Translations under genes and position numbers: made by a program
Assembly: GCA_002633005.1 (NCBI GenBank)
Contig: NMRA01000165.1
Coordinates: 161,958 to 225,957, forward strand
Direction of reading: 5' to 3'
Length of the DNA stretch: 64,000 nucleotides
Origin: Phoronis australis
Lineage: Eukaryota > Animalia > Phoronida
Notes under the pieces: model-generated
What the model was told of the DNA's origin: nothing
The model's database searches: none
The model's input: the letters and a program-made list of their open reading frames with translations, nothing else
Shown: positions 1 to 11,593 of the stretch, in pieces
Numbering within the stretch: position 1 is the first letter of the stretch
Layout of the letters: every line of letters begins with the position of its first letter

Positions 1-264
1 GTGGGGGGGGGGGGGGCAGGACACGGGAATAACCAGAATTTCGGCAGATGCGCGCGCCCAGGCTAAATTGTGGGGACGCAGAGGCCTCAGTGGAATGCGG
101 ACCTGTTGACTAAAAAAAGCGGTAAACGGGGTTTGTTCAGGGCCTATGCGTTGTTTATTCACCCCCGACGAGCCCCTGCTTGCGCGCACCCAACTCCCAA
201 ATGGTATCTAGTAGAATTTTAAGGGGAGAAATGGCCCCCTTGACCCCCCCGTAATCCGCCACTG
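1..264. mobile_element. Right end of a probable hAT-like MITE
   Basis: Ends in GACCCCCCCGTAATCCGCCACTG, the reverse complement of a CAGTGGCGGA-type terminus. The left end was not seen in the window. Confidence 0.35.
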
Positions 265-3200
265 CTAACACTGACTTGGAAACTGCGCGACACAGTCGCC
301 TTGGCGCGACACAGTCGCCTTGGCGCGACTTGCGAACGGCGAACACGAGATGAAAATGTGAGTCTGAGACCGTGATGTTGGGCCGGTGTCATTATTTGGA
401 CCCTCGCCTGATGATGACCCGGGGTCACTTTTTCGGCAAGCCTAATTTGAGTGACGGTAAACCCGTAACACCTTGGTCATTTTTGAACGGTCATGAGAAA
501 CTTTATTTAGTGGCGGAAATTGGACCCAGCAAGTCAAAAAACGACCAATCTCGCATGAAAAAAATGATCCTGGTTAAATTTTGACCTAGCTTAGATGTTT
601 TGCCGAAGGACTGAGGATGCTTCACACAGAGTCTCGCTGCAGCGGCAAACGAACCCGCCATCCGGCTCCCGTACCTCTCAAAATATCCCCGAGTCGGCAC
701 AGGACCAAAATGGGTATTTACACCGCGGGTCACGGTGTGATGTATCCCGCGGCGGCTTCCAGCTCAGTGTCAGTATAGTATCCCCGCATTCTGAGTTGTC
801 ACTCATAGGCCTAGCTATACGTGTCCGCAATAATTTGAAAAGCCCTCATGTAGCCCCAATCGCCCCTAATTAGTGCGGGTATTTTTTATCAGCCGGCGAG
901 CTGCTCGGGCGGATGTGCAGCTCTAAATCAACTGGATGCATCTCTGCAATTTATTCACTGTTGCTGGGGACGAAATCAATCGGGCATGAATATAAATAGA
1001 AGAACAAAGGTAGATTATTGGAAAATGAACTTTTTGAATCCCCTGGGATTGTTGCAGAGCACGAAAAAATTTGGGTTATATTAGGCCTTGTGATGCCGGC
1101 AAACGAAGCTAAGAAGAAGCCCATTCCTGCAATTTTTGGACAAGGATGTAATAATTTTTTAACATGGTCTCTCTGGGTATACCACAATCCGCCAGTAGGT
1201 ATTTGGGAAAAGTCGTTGAAGAGACCGTACCTGGAAGGAGATCGCCGGCGAGCAACTTCGCTGCCCGGCACGCGTTTATCCAAACCAATTATTTTAGTTT
1301 AACAATTAATAATTAATCATAATCATTTTCCTTAAAATTGTACCATAAAATGTTTGCCGGACCCAGTTTCCGAAAATCGCCCTCTTTCCGAAAATACGCC
1401 CGGGCGTATATTCGATTTCATTTGGCGTTTCTGAAAGGTCGTTTTCTGAAAATCCACTCATTGTTCTACTTTGGGAAATTATCGGTAAACGTATCGTCAA
1501 AAAATTTTTCATTGGCGAATTGGGCTGGGGGCTTCTCCTCCTTTCTTCACTTCTCGGGACGCGGCCAAGAAAATATATTCCCTTTCAGTTGTCAGTGGGC
1601 GAACACTACACGACTCAACCATGATTTTCATTGCATTGCTCCTACCGTTGCGCCATTCTAGATCGTTTAATATCTACCGTAAAGTTCAAAATCAACATTC
1701 CTGGTCCTGAGCTCTTGAGGTCTAACGTTTTTACTCGACTTAGAACTCGACTACAGACGGTATGCCTTCATGCGAGGTGTTTATTAGCTTTGATTTATAA
1801 AATAATATAAAAGCCCACTACCGGATGCAGCGTGAACAAAATCCGTTTCAACAATGCACCTGTCAGTGTCGCCTTGTCAAATTTCGTGGACAACGATCTT
1901 GGAGGCATACGCACAAAAAACCTAATGGCCTTTAGGGGACGCGTCCGTAAATCAACGTCGGCCGATCTCACCTCAAAAAGACCACATCTGCGAAAATCCA
2001 TGATCTTTTTAAGTGATTAGGTGGATAAAAATGGCGGGCGGCAAGAGAAGAATAATAAAATGGCCACTAACAAGGCACAGGCTCAACTACGTAAAATCCA
2101 TCCGAAAATAGATAAGTATCTCCTGCTCCAGAATTACACAGTACCGCTTCATTGGAGCCCAACCAGCCGGGGAAGGGCCTACTCCGGAAATGAGACCTTT
2201 CTACCGCCAACGAACGTACCAACATGGAAGTCACCACAAAAACGAAATTGACACTACGGCAAAGCAGGATACCTTCTAAAACACGACCCATCGATAACGG
2301 GTACATACCTGGGAAATTTCACAATCTATGAAGGAGATACGCCTACAAATGCCCGTCTAACGGACTAAGTTGACTGCATAATGCACCCCTGTACATACCT
2401 GTCCATTCAGCGGCTGTATCTAGAAAACCCTTCCGTGGTTGTGTGCGCGCGCATGTGTGTGTATAAACAGATAAATAAAACGATGGTTGGCAAACTCATA
2501 GTTTGAGCATTTATTTGAAAACAAACATGCATGACAGTATATTTATAAAATGCACAAATATGATCAACATAACATTGCAGTGAGCCAACTCACGCATTTA
2601 AAGAGACACAAACATAATCTTGTTAATGTCCATGTCAAATGGTTGAACTACGCCAGGAAATTCGGACAGTAAGCCCCAGGGCAAATGCAAATGACATTTT
2701 TGGCTTTTCAGGTACCCCAGATGTACAGTCAATTCAGGTAGTTCTGAATGAAATGAACAATATGCAACGAAAAACAAAACGTACAACATGCCTCTCGCTT
2801 CAACAGAACTACCCAGCTTTTGAAATACAATCTATTAAAAATCATAAATATTCATAATACAAGAGAATGGACTTATAATATATACGGTTGTGCGAACTCA
2901 CAGAAATACCTGGCCCTACTCTCTACAAGGATTACATCTACAAATACCTAACCTAAGACAACATTAAAAGCAGTATCGCATGACGCACATCGTATGTATT
3001 TTATGCTTACGCATTAGATAAGTCTTTGAACTAGAGGCAGTGGACCAAACACCATTTCCCAAGAGGCTTTCTGTCTTAGTTCGCGAATCAAGTAAAATTA
3101 GCACAAATTCTTTACGCCCAATGTACCTGTGAACCCCAAAACACCAGACCATTTACATCATAGCAATACTATTCTCAGATGATGACTGGTTCTGTTATCA

Positions 3201-4183
3201 GATCCCTGCCACAAAGGCTTAATGGTGAAGTGTTTAGGCGTTTCACAAGTCAAGTTTTATGTCTTGAACAAAGCATTCTGTCTCGCTAGCCACATTGAAG
3301 TCTGTGTATTTCAGGTGACTTGCCTGTATGTCTGACTCATGTAAAACAGCATCATCCACACTTGCAGTTGTCTTCAACCTCTTGAAGTAGTGCGCGAATC
3401 ATAGTCACTTAGATAAACACTTGGTTGAACTGTTCATTTCTCATCAACAGTCAAATGGAACATCTAGACTTTCACTCAACAATGTGCTGCAGTGTGTTCA
3501 CATTTGCAAACCAAAATCTGCTTTGTGCAAATTACCAAATCTAAGAAATGCACTTAGTTAAGTGTTTTATATATATATATACATATAACTAAAACAAATG
3601 TGAATTTTCAAAAAAGAAATAAATTGCCTAAGTACAAATTCACCAAATGGCCAAAGCAGAATGTCTACTTTAGTTTGACAAGCCATTGGCTAGTGTACAT
3701 AATGGTAAGACATAGTTACATCTGATATTCACCCAATCAGTGACACTACTTACAATGCAATATGTATCCACAGTAAATAGCACGAGATATCCACATGAAC
3801 CCTCAGTAACCAATCACGCATTACACAAAAACCTGGAAACAATTTCGTGATATAATAACAACTGCAATAATTGTCAAAACAGGAAGTGCTCATAATGCCT
3901 CAAACACCTCCTCAAATGGTCTCTGTAGCCAGCAAACATTGCTAATGCCAACGCACCATAAACCAGTGCAGTCAATGTTTTTGTGTGAGGGGAAAGGAAA
4001 AATGGACTGACCAGTAAATGGACTGACCAGTTAACTCATTAACGACAAAACAAAATTCCCAACTTCACTTTAATACTGTGTATAAACTCTTGTTTAGACG
4101 ATAACAACTATTAAGGTATTGTCAAGCATCTGTCTCAACGTCCCAACTTCTGACTAGCACCACAACATGAGTCCTACAGCCAA

Positions 4184-7100
4184 TTACGACACATCTGAAA
4201 CACAAACAGCAGTCATTAAGATATTTTGAGGAAGCTAGAAACAAACCAGTTACTGTTGAATATTTACAAAATGTACAGAATGAATTCCAGGATTTGTCTA
4301 CCACAAGTAAATGTAACAGCAAGTTTGCTTATCAACAAGTATTAAGCAAACTCTTTTACAACAATATCACATTCCCTGTATACTGATATGTCATTCGACC
4401 ACTGAGTGCAATCAAAGTGACAGATTTGCAAATATCACATGAAATAAAACCAAACACCTCGCTTTTTTCCGTCTACAGCAAAGGCCACTTCTCACTGTAT
4501 CTGTTGACAAAAACTTCGAACACATAGGTTCATTTTTACCCGACACTGACTCGCTCATATCCAAAGATTGCTTCCTCAGAAAAAAAACCCTAAACAATCA
4601 AATATTCAACTGTGCAGACGCCAGACAAGCCTTTATCTAGAGCATGTCCAGGGCGTCCAAATGGAAAGTGGACACCCTGCCTCAAATTGAGACACCCTAG
4701 TTAAGAACTTAGGATGCCCAGTTCAGCATTCGGACACTGAAGTAAACTAAGCCAGTAAGCACTGGTGTCGCTTAACTTGCTAACAGCAGCACAGGGAGCT
4801 CATTGGCCTGTCCAGAATAAAAAGTTGACTAAAGTATGATGCAAGAGGATTAAAATCATTGCAGAGCCATGTCTCCACAGTAACATATCACACTAAAACC
4901 GCTACTTGATTAGAGGTCATAAACATTCAGTCACACATGAACCCCCTGAGAAATTGGGAAACCCATTTTGGATGTCCTCTTTTGAAATCGACAGGCAACC
5001 TATGCTACGTAATGGCACTAATTTCTAGGCAATCAACAACAGGCTTTTTGGTGACAAAGCTTATTATAAACAAACTACCACTAGGCTATTTATAAACAGC
5101 CTATGGAGTCAGTGTAGATGCAAATTTCGATCAGAGAATGAATTTGCACTTCAAAATTTTTAAGTGCATATAAGTGTAAACTTACATGAGACGGTGGAGT
5201 TTGTGAACTGTCGACGCAACTGATCATGATTGAATTTGAGGAAGGCTTCATACTGTTCTGGAAAAAAACCAAAACACTAAGAATAAATCATTAGTCTGAG
5301 ACATGAAAGCTTCAAATGCACTTCTGATGTGAAATTTACATGAAACGGACAGGGCTTGGAATGACCAATGACAAAAAACGCGGAAACTTTGAAACTTTTA
5401 CGGCCCAAATCATGCCCCGCTAACCAGCCTTGAAATGGTCAATGTGAACCTTTCCCCGACAAAAACCGGGAGGACTTAAAAAAAAAAACAAAAAAAAAAC
5501 ACCACCATCAGTCCTTTTAGCTCGCCCGTCCACTCCCAACACACACATTTTTGGCTGCAGAGCGGTAGTATTTGTCGCCGCGCTTAACAATAACACAAGA
5601 CGCCATTGAAAATCCCACCACGCTGTCCCAGATGCCCCGGCAATGTTGACAATTTACGTTCCTCCGAAACATAAAGAGCAACTTCCACTTTTCAAGGTGA
5701 ACGTCGTCTGCAACGCCGCGGTAAGAAAGGAATTTGCCGCGGAAATTTTATATCAAATCCGATTTTTTTTTACGCGGAAATATTATGAAAAAAGCGGACA
5801 GCACATTTGAAAAAAGCGGAAATCCGCGTTTCCGCGGAAAATTCCAAGCCCTTTCTTTCTGGTGTTAGAAGCAGCAAGATGGGGTTCTTACCATAATGTT
5901 AAAATATGAGCAGATCCCACATCAACCTATTCGTTACCAAACACATGAAACAAAAGCAAGACAAATGGTCTGAAGTTAGACACATCATCTCTTGAAGGTT
6001 GAAATTCTAATGGTATGTGGAAATTTACAATAGAATTTCCCCGCCAGGTGCTCAAATTGAGTGTGTTGCTAAAGCATTGCAAAGACTATCCGGATAGTCT
6101 GACATTTCCAGAATAGCGAGGAAGGCTTTCAAGACACACGATAAACACTGAAAAACATTATGCATTATTTCCTCACAACAGTTCTCAAAACACGTCGTAG
6201 TGCAACAGAACCAACGTCAGAAATACTTCACTTGTTTTGCACAAAAATAATCACCAAAATTGTGCCACATTTCTGGTTTTCAAAGGGTGATTACTTAGCT
6301 GCAAACAGGGCCCTAACTCATCCAAGAGGATATGTGTCTGTGCCCCTGCAAGGCTTGTCATTAACAGTAAACCGATGACCCGATAGCAAATAACTTTTGC
6401 TGTTTAGCAAGTGGAAACGCACTGAATGGGGTTGTTGATTTATACAGTGAATTTGTATATCCAAATTTAATGACACACTTACAAATGTCTCTGTGAATCG
6501 TTGACTTGAAGGCTTCACCACTCACTCAAATGCAATTTTTGGTTTGTTTGCTTGATAGGCAAGTTAACAAAAAATTAGTACGAGGCATTGTGGTAAGAGT
6601 AGATTACTCTCAGGCCATATGGCTTTTTCTTAGAATTGGACTGGCTTAAAGAAGTAGGGGTGACAGGTAGTGAAGCAAGGTTTCCAATGTCTGAACTTCT
6701 ATGCTCAGTAAACTACGTCTCAATCTGTACTTGTGGTAGATTAATCCAGATTCTGTTCTCCACACTGAAGCTGTAGCCACTGTGAAGTGGGGATTTTCAA
6801 TATTAGAATCTGTGTGAAGTGAATCATCTCAATGAAATTTTTAATTATTGGATGGTAATTGTTGGACCTGATGATGTCAATTTTGTGAGATTTACAAGTA
6901 TTTTTCAGGGTCAGGGCCAATATTCGACAACAAAATCAAGGCAACGAAGGCCACGGGTAAATATTAGAAACTTAAAAAAATGTTCCATGACATCCGCACA
7001 AAGAAATCAAGGTAAAAACAGAATAAAATATTTTTGTTGAGGAATTTGTTGAATTTTTTCTGGTCGGTGACCTCCAACCTCAGATTTGGCAATGTTAGTT

Positions 7101-10100
7101 TTCATTTAGCTGTTCGGGAAAGCGCAGAAAAAAGTTTTGGGACTGATGCTGGCTAAGCCATCAACCCAATCTCCGAGCTCCATTGCGACTTACCCGCTAA
7201 CTTACAACTGAGCACCCTGTCATACTGCTCTGTGATCTGCTCCTCACGCTCCTTCAACATACGATCACAGAACATGCTCACTTGTCTAAAGGTGAATAAT
7301 GGCATATCCTTTTTAGTAGGTGACAATGCATTGAAATGACTGGCAGAGCTTGGTGCTGCTGTGGATTGCACGGGGTTGCTGGTGTTGTCCAATGATGGGG
7401 AGCTACAGACTGGTGGAGTGGCGCTGCCTGAAGGAGGGGGGCTCGAGCTCTGAGGATAGTGTAGCTGGCGCCGTCTCTGCATGCGTTTGACTTCCGCTGC
7501 CAAATTGGCGGCTATTTGCTCTAAAACAAAAGTGAGCTGAAGGTCAACAAAAATATATTTACTAGTGACATAAACACATGGGCTGGAGAGCAACCGGACA
7601 AGGAAAAGAATTCAATGTATCCCTTTAAAACTATGTTAATGTTACGTTACTTTATAACACAACATGAGAAAAGAAAGCAATTTATTTTTGTGAATTGTAA
7701 CCGTAAACGTTCGGGTTAACGCCCATAATCAGTTAACCGCCCACCCCTTACTTTAGGTGGATTTTCAATTTAACAGCCCACTGCTCGCTTAACCACCCCT
7801 CTGCACTTTTTCAAGATTTACAGTTAAGCGCCCACCTCTCGGTTAAGCGCCCATCCCCGACTTTTTAAGACTGAAGATTTAGCGCCCAGTGTTAGGAAAC
7901 GCATGATTTTTGACTTTTAGATACAGATGATGATCACGAGTCCAACGACACTGGGCCTACGGATGGCGGTTTGGCAAATGAATGTGAATTACAATACAAG
8001 TAATGAATTATTGTCCCAGGTCATGGACTTACTTCAAAATATAATACTTGAACGTTTTCGTCATTTTATTTTCTTCCCATGTTTGCAAAGTTTAAGAACC
8101 CCGTCGGCGTCAATACCTCCGCTTTTAGCGACGCTGTTTGCCGCGCTGAGATTCCGTCTGCAGTGCACTAGATATTCGATATAATCGGGCCAGAGAAATG
8201 TGACATTGGTTTTGCCAACCCTCCAAATTCTCTTTAGGTGTTAAGCTCTCGTATTTTGAAGAATTAATTCCATACCTCACAGAAAGATGTCAAATTCTAC
8301 CTATTTGATGAATGTTATTGCCAGGTTATCGAGGATGTTTGGCGACCAAAGGGACATTGTGCCTCACTGGGTTACCGATTTGCTGCCTCTCGATTTCTGA
8401 GTTCAAAAGTTGGCAATATGTTACTGTATGTTTGTGTATTATCTTGGTTTAATAAAAAACTTCTAGTCAAATTTTGTTTTTCGATTCTTGCATCTCAGTC
8501 AAACTGGCGTTAGCAGATTTAACTAAATGTCGCTGGCTGTTCTTTACTACGACTTCTTGCATCAACCCCCGCCTGGCAGTGTCAATTATCGCTTCCATGT
8601 TCCCTTTTTAGCCATACAAAATAATTTTGTTTGTAAATTGGCCAGTTTCAGCCTGAACAAAATTCTTACCATTCGAGCCTGAAATATCTACGACGCAGAC
8701 TGACTGAAAATTGGCGATAGTTGGTAGAAGGTGCATGCAGCTAGCTACCGGCGCACTCGGCAGACCTTTATCCAGGATTTTGAAAATAGGGTGTCCAAAA
8801 TGGGGTTCCCAATATTCCAGGGCGTCCATGATTCTGACGCATAACCCCCCACCCCCAGCAATCCCCCAAACACACAGATTTTTTTTACATAGACCAAGGT
8901 TTTTACATCTAAGTTTACAAAACAGCCTTCTGTAGTGAGCATTTTTACTAAAAAAATTGTGTAGACCAAGAGATTTACAATGCTATCAACCAAGTGTGAG
9001 CATAGCAACATTGTATGTACTTTGTATATACATTGTACATTTCTTCCTGCTTTGAAAAAAGAGCCACCACTGTGAGCCTTCAGAGGCTTCTTAGTAATCA
9101 TTACAATGTGTGTCCAAACTTGCAAGATTCCTATTGATAATGGGGCCCAAATGATACATTGGGCTCCTTGCCAGGGGTCCATATTAGTGCTTGGGCATCC
9201 ATTTGGACGCCCAGGACATACCCTGCATAAAGGCCTGGGCAGACGTCTACCTGGTCAGTCAATGTTTCCATCTCATTTTATCATTTTGACTTTTGCCAAC
9301 AATGCTTTGTTTGTATGGGCCAGGACATCAGTAATCCTACATATGGGAAATTTTACCGGACCCGAAATAGGACATGATTTCGGATCGTGTTATGGTGGAC
9401 ACGTGTCATCTCAGAGACAAAAACTGAGAAGTGGAATTAAGTAATAAGACAACTAATATCACTGGCAAGCTAAAATATGTAAACACAGAAATAAATTCTG
9501 CATCAAACCAACTTCACTCTAGGTTAACCATTAGTTATCAATCCTGAAGAAAGGCGTCGCACTTTTAAAATGGCTGCCTCACTAAATCCACGTTAAAAAT
9601 GAACACCTTGGAAAAACTGAAATTATGAATAAGAAGTGCCAATCAGTACACTGCGACCAGAGAATTCAGAAAATAGTAGTATCAAATATGTAAGTTAATA
9701 GAGGCAGATTGTAAACAATAACCATGTACGTTAATGGAGTCGGAGGCACTAGTCGGATATAGCCGTCCCTGATTTTGAGAACCAGTTTTATCCAGTGAAT
9801 AACGAGCCAGGCGTTATTCAGTGATTGACAGGTTCTCAAAAAAGGGACCACTATATCCAACCAGTGCTGGAGTCGGATTGTAAACAAAAACCCAACACTG
9901 AAGTGTTACATCAACTTTTTATATTAAACAAATTTTTGTCGACCTCACCTTTGAATCGCCAACATGGCTCCCTGGCTCAGGTTCAGGGCAGCCTATTTTA
10001 ATATTTTATTTCTTTACAAATTATGAAGAGACCAACGGAAGTAAAATTCAACACTGTTCACGTATAGTGTATAATTTCAACAGAACTTACGTTGAACATT

Positions 10101-10397
10101 ATGAATGGTGAAACAAGTGCTTGGAAATAAGTTACCAGTAGACGTATAGGAACAATTACCCAATCCAACAATAACGAACAAATCCAAGCAAGCACTAACT
10201 GGCATAACACACTTTGGAAGCTTACCTGTCGTTAATTTTGGAACGACACCCTTAAATGACGAAGGACTAGATTGTCTGGAAGGTGGTGTAGCCGGTGATA
10301 AAGTCATTGGCATGCACCTTCGTCGTTTAGGTGAATTACTTGGACTGTGATGCAAAGGATCAAAATCCAAACTTCTTTTCAGTGTCGCACAAGCCAT
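4184..10397 (-). CDS. AKIRIN2: Akirin (nuclear NF-kB/chromatin cofactor and proteasome import adaptor), 4 coding exons, 193 aa
   Basis: Exons 10226-10397, 7194-7520, 5186-5257, 4184-4194, all GT-AG with matching phases. N-terminus MACATLKRSLDFDP...PKRRRC (NLS), conserved PLFTFRQV...CDRMLKEREEQI...EQYEAFLKFNHDQL, C-terminal SYVS*. Candidate polyA signal AATAAA (minus) at about 2510-2515. Confidence 0.95.
5350..5853. mobile_element. hAT-like MITE family C (about 500 bp)
   Basis: TIRs CAGGGCTTGGAAT...ATTCCAAGCCCT, subterminal (C)GCGGAAA repeats; closely related inverted copy at 43256-43636. Confidence 0.75.
7700..7890. mobile_element. Left end of a Tc1/mariner (pogo/Tigger-like) MITE
   Basis: CCGTAAA start followed by repeated TTAA(G/C)CGCCC motifs; terminus resembles that of 55684-55933. 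Confidence 0.45.
8761..9237. mobile_element. MITE with CAG(A/G)CCTTTAT termini
   Basis: CAGACCTTTATCCAGG...CCTGCATAAAGGCCTG inverted ends; a decayed inverted relative lies at about 4625-4990 (GGGCGTCCAAATGG, ATTTTGGATGTCC). Confidence 0.55.
9758..9854. repeat. Short hairpin micro-MITE (family shared with 54033-54133)
   Basis: Inverted repeat GTCCCTGATTTTGAGAACC ... GGTTCTCAAAAAAGGGAC, TATA-flanked. Confidence 0.55.
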
Positions 10398-10721
10398 TTT
10401 CTCGAGGATATTTATCAATTTCCACTATGCGTTTCTGCTTCAGATGATCAATATTAGGGCATATGTAGGTTGAAAATGATCTCCAATAATCTTTCGAGTT
10501 AACTACAGCATAATTACACGTTTATAAGCACTAGCGTCGCCGATGATAACCGATTTTTTTCACAACCCGTATATCCAAAATCGTTAAAAATGGCAGAGAT
10601 CAAGATCAAAACAAATCGAGCCTCGTTATCGATGCTTGCGCGCTACCTGGCGACGGTAAAATGAAATGACCTTGAATGTCCGTCGAAGTTGCGACAGGTT
10701 TTGAAGATTTTGTTTGGGAAA
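10398..10721. promoter_or_regulatory. Bidirectional promoter / 5' UTRs of akirin and the fumarase; probable non-coding fumarase exon ending at 10721
   Basis: CpG-rich stretch upstream of the akirin ATG. Donor AA|GTAAGC at 10721/10722. The fumarase ATG (11594) directly follows an acceptor tttacag, which implies an upstream UTR exon. Confidence 0.6.
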
Positions 10722-11126
10722 GTAAGCCCCAAGTTAGCAATATATGTTTGAGGTTATTCATTTACTATGCCGTGGGTTGCCACTGGAATTTGTGTGGCGG
10801 TATCAGCTCTCTCGGGGATTGACTCCGATAAACAGTTTGACNGCTGGCCTTGTTGAGATGGTGAGGCCAGGTGAGGGTGCTGCCTAGGGGCATGGGAACT
10901 GATTTCGATTTGTTGAAACATAAAACCATATCAGTAAACAAAAAAGGACTTATGCAAACGCCATTACACAGTAACAGATCCTTCGTAAGTCAGGTATAAA
11001 CAGATAAGGGGGAAATGTGGCATGCATGATTGTTGTGACTGCTGCTTGCATTCATTGTATGTCTGATCGCGATTGAAGATTAAGCAGCAGGTAATCTAGT
11101 ATCTGCTGTATTCACTGGCCCTGGCA

Positions 11127-11370
11127 GTAGAGACGGTGACCATCCCATAGGCATAGCCCACCATACGCCATAAGATTTGCAAAGAATCATGCCTCACACT
11201 AATACACTAGGTTGCTAAGTACCATTTGCGGATAGGACACCTTAGGAGGCCATGGATTGTTTAACCCTTCCCATACTCCTGCAGTCAAACTTACCATGTC
11301 AACAGTCCTTTGTTCAGTTGCCCAAATCAGCTACTGGCTATTTTTACGCTGCTAGCATCAGGGGATATGA
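11127..11370. mobile_element. Decayed half-copy of palindromic MITE family A
   Basis: TAGAGACGGTG start, CACCTTAGGAGG and CCTTTGTTCAGTT(G)CCCAAATCAG blocks shared with 34509-35135 and 49534-50010. Confidence 0.6.
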
Positions 11371-11593
11371 TGTCATTTTGAATAAGCAAAATGTTGAGAG
11401 GCCTGAATTTTGAAGTTGATTTTTGACAAACAGTGAAACTATTAATTTCCTCTTTAACTTTCAAAATATTGATCAAATCTGTAAATTAATTAGAACTTGA
11501 AATCATGTTGCTCTATATATTCAATTTTAATTTTGATGATTGTTTTTAATGTTTTGATTGATGGTTTAATGAGCAGTATTTGTTTATTTACAG

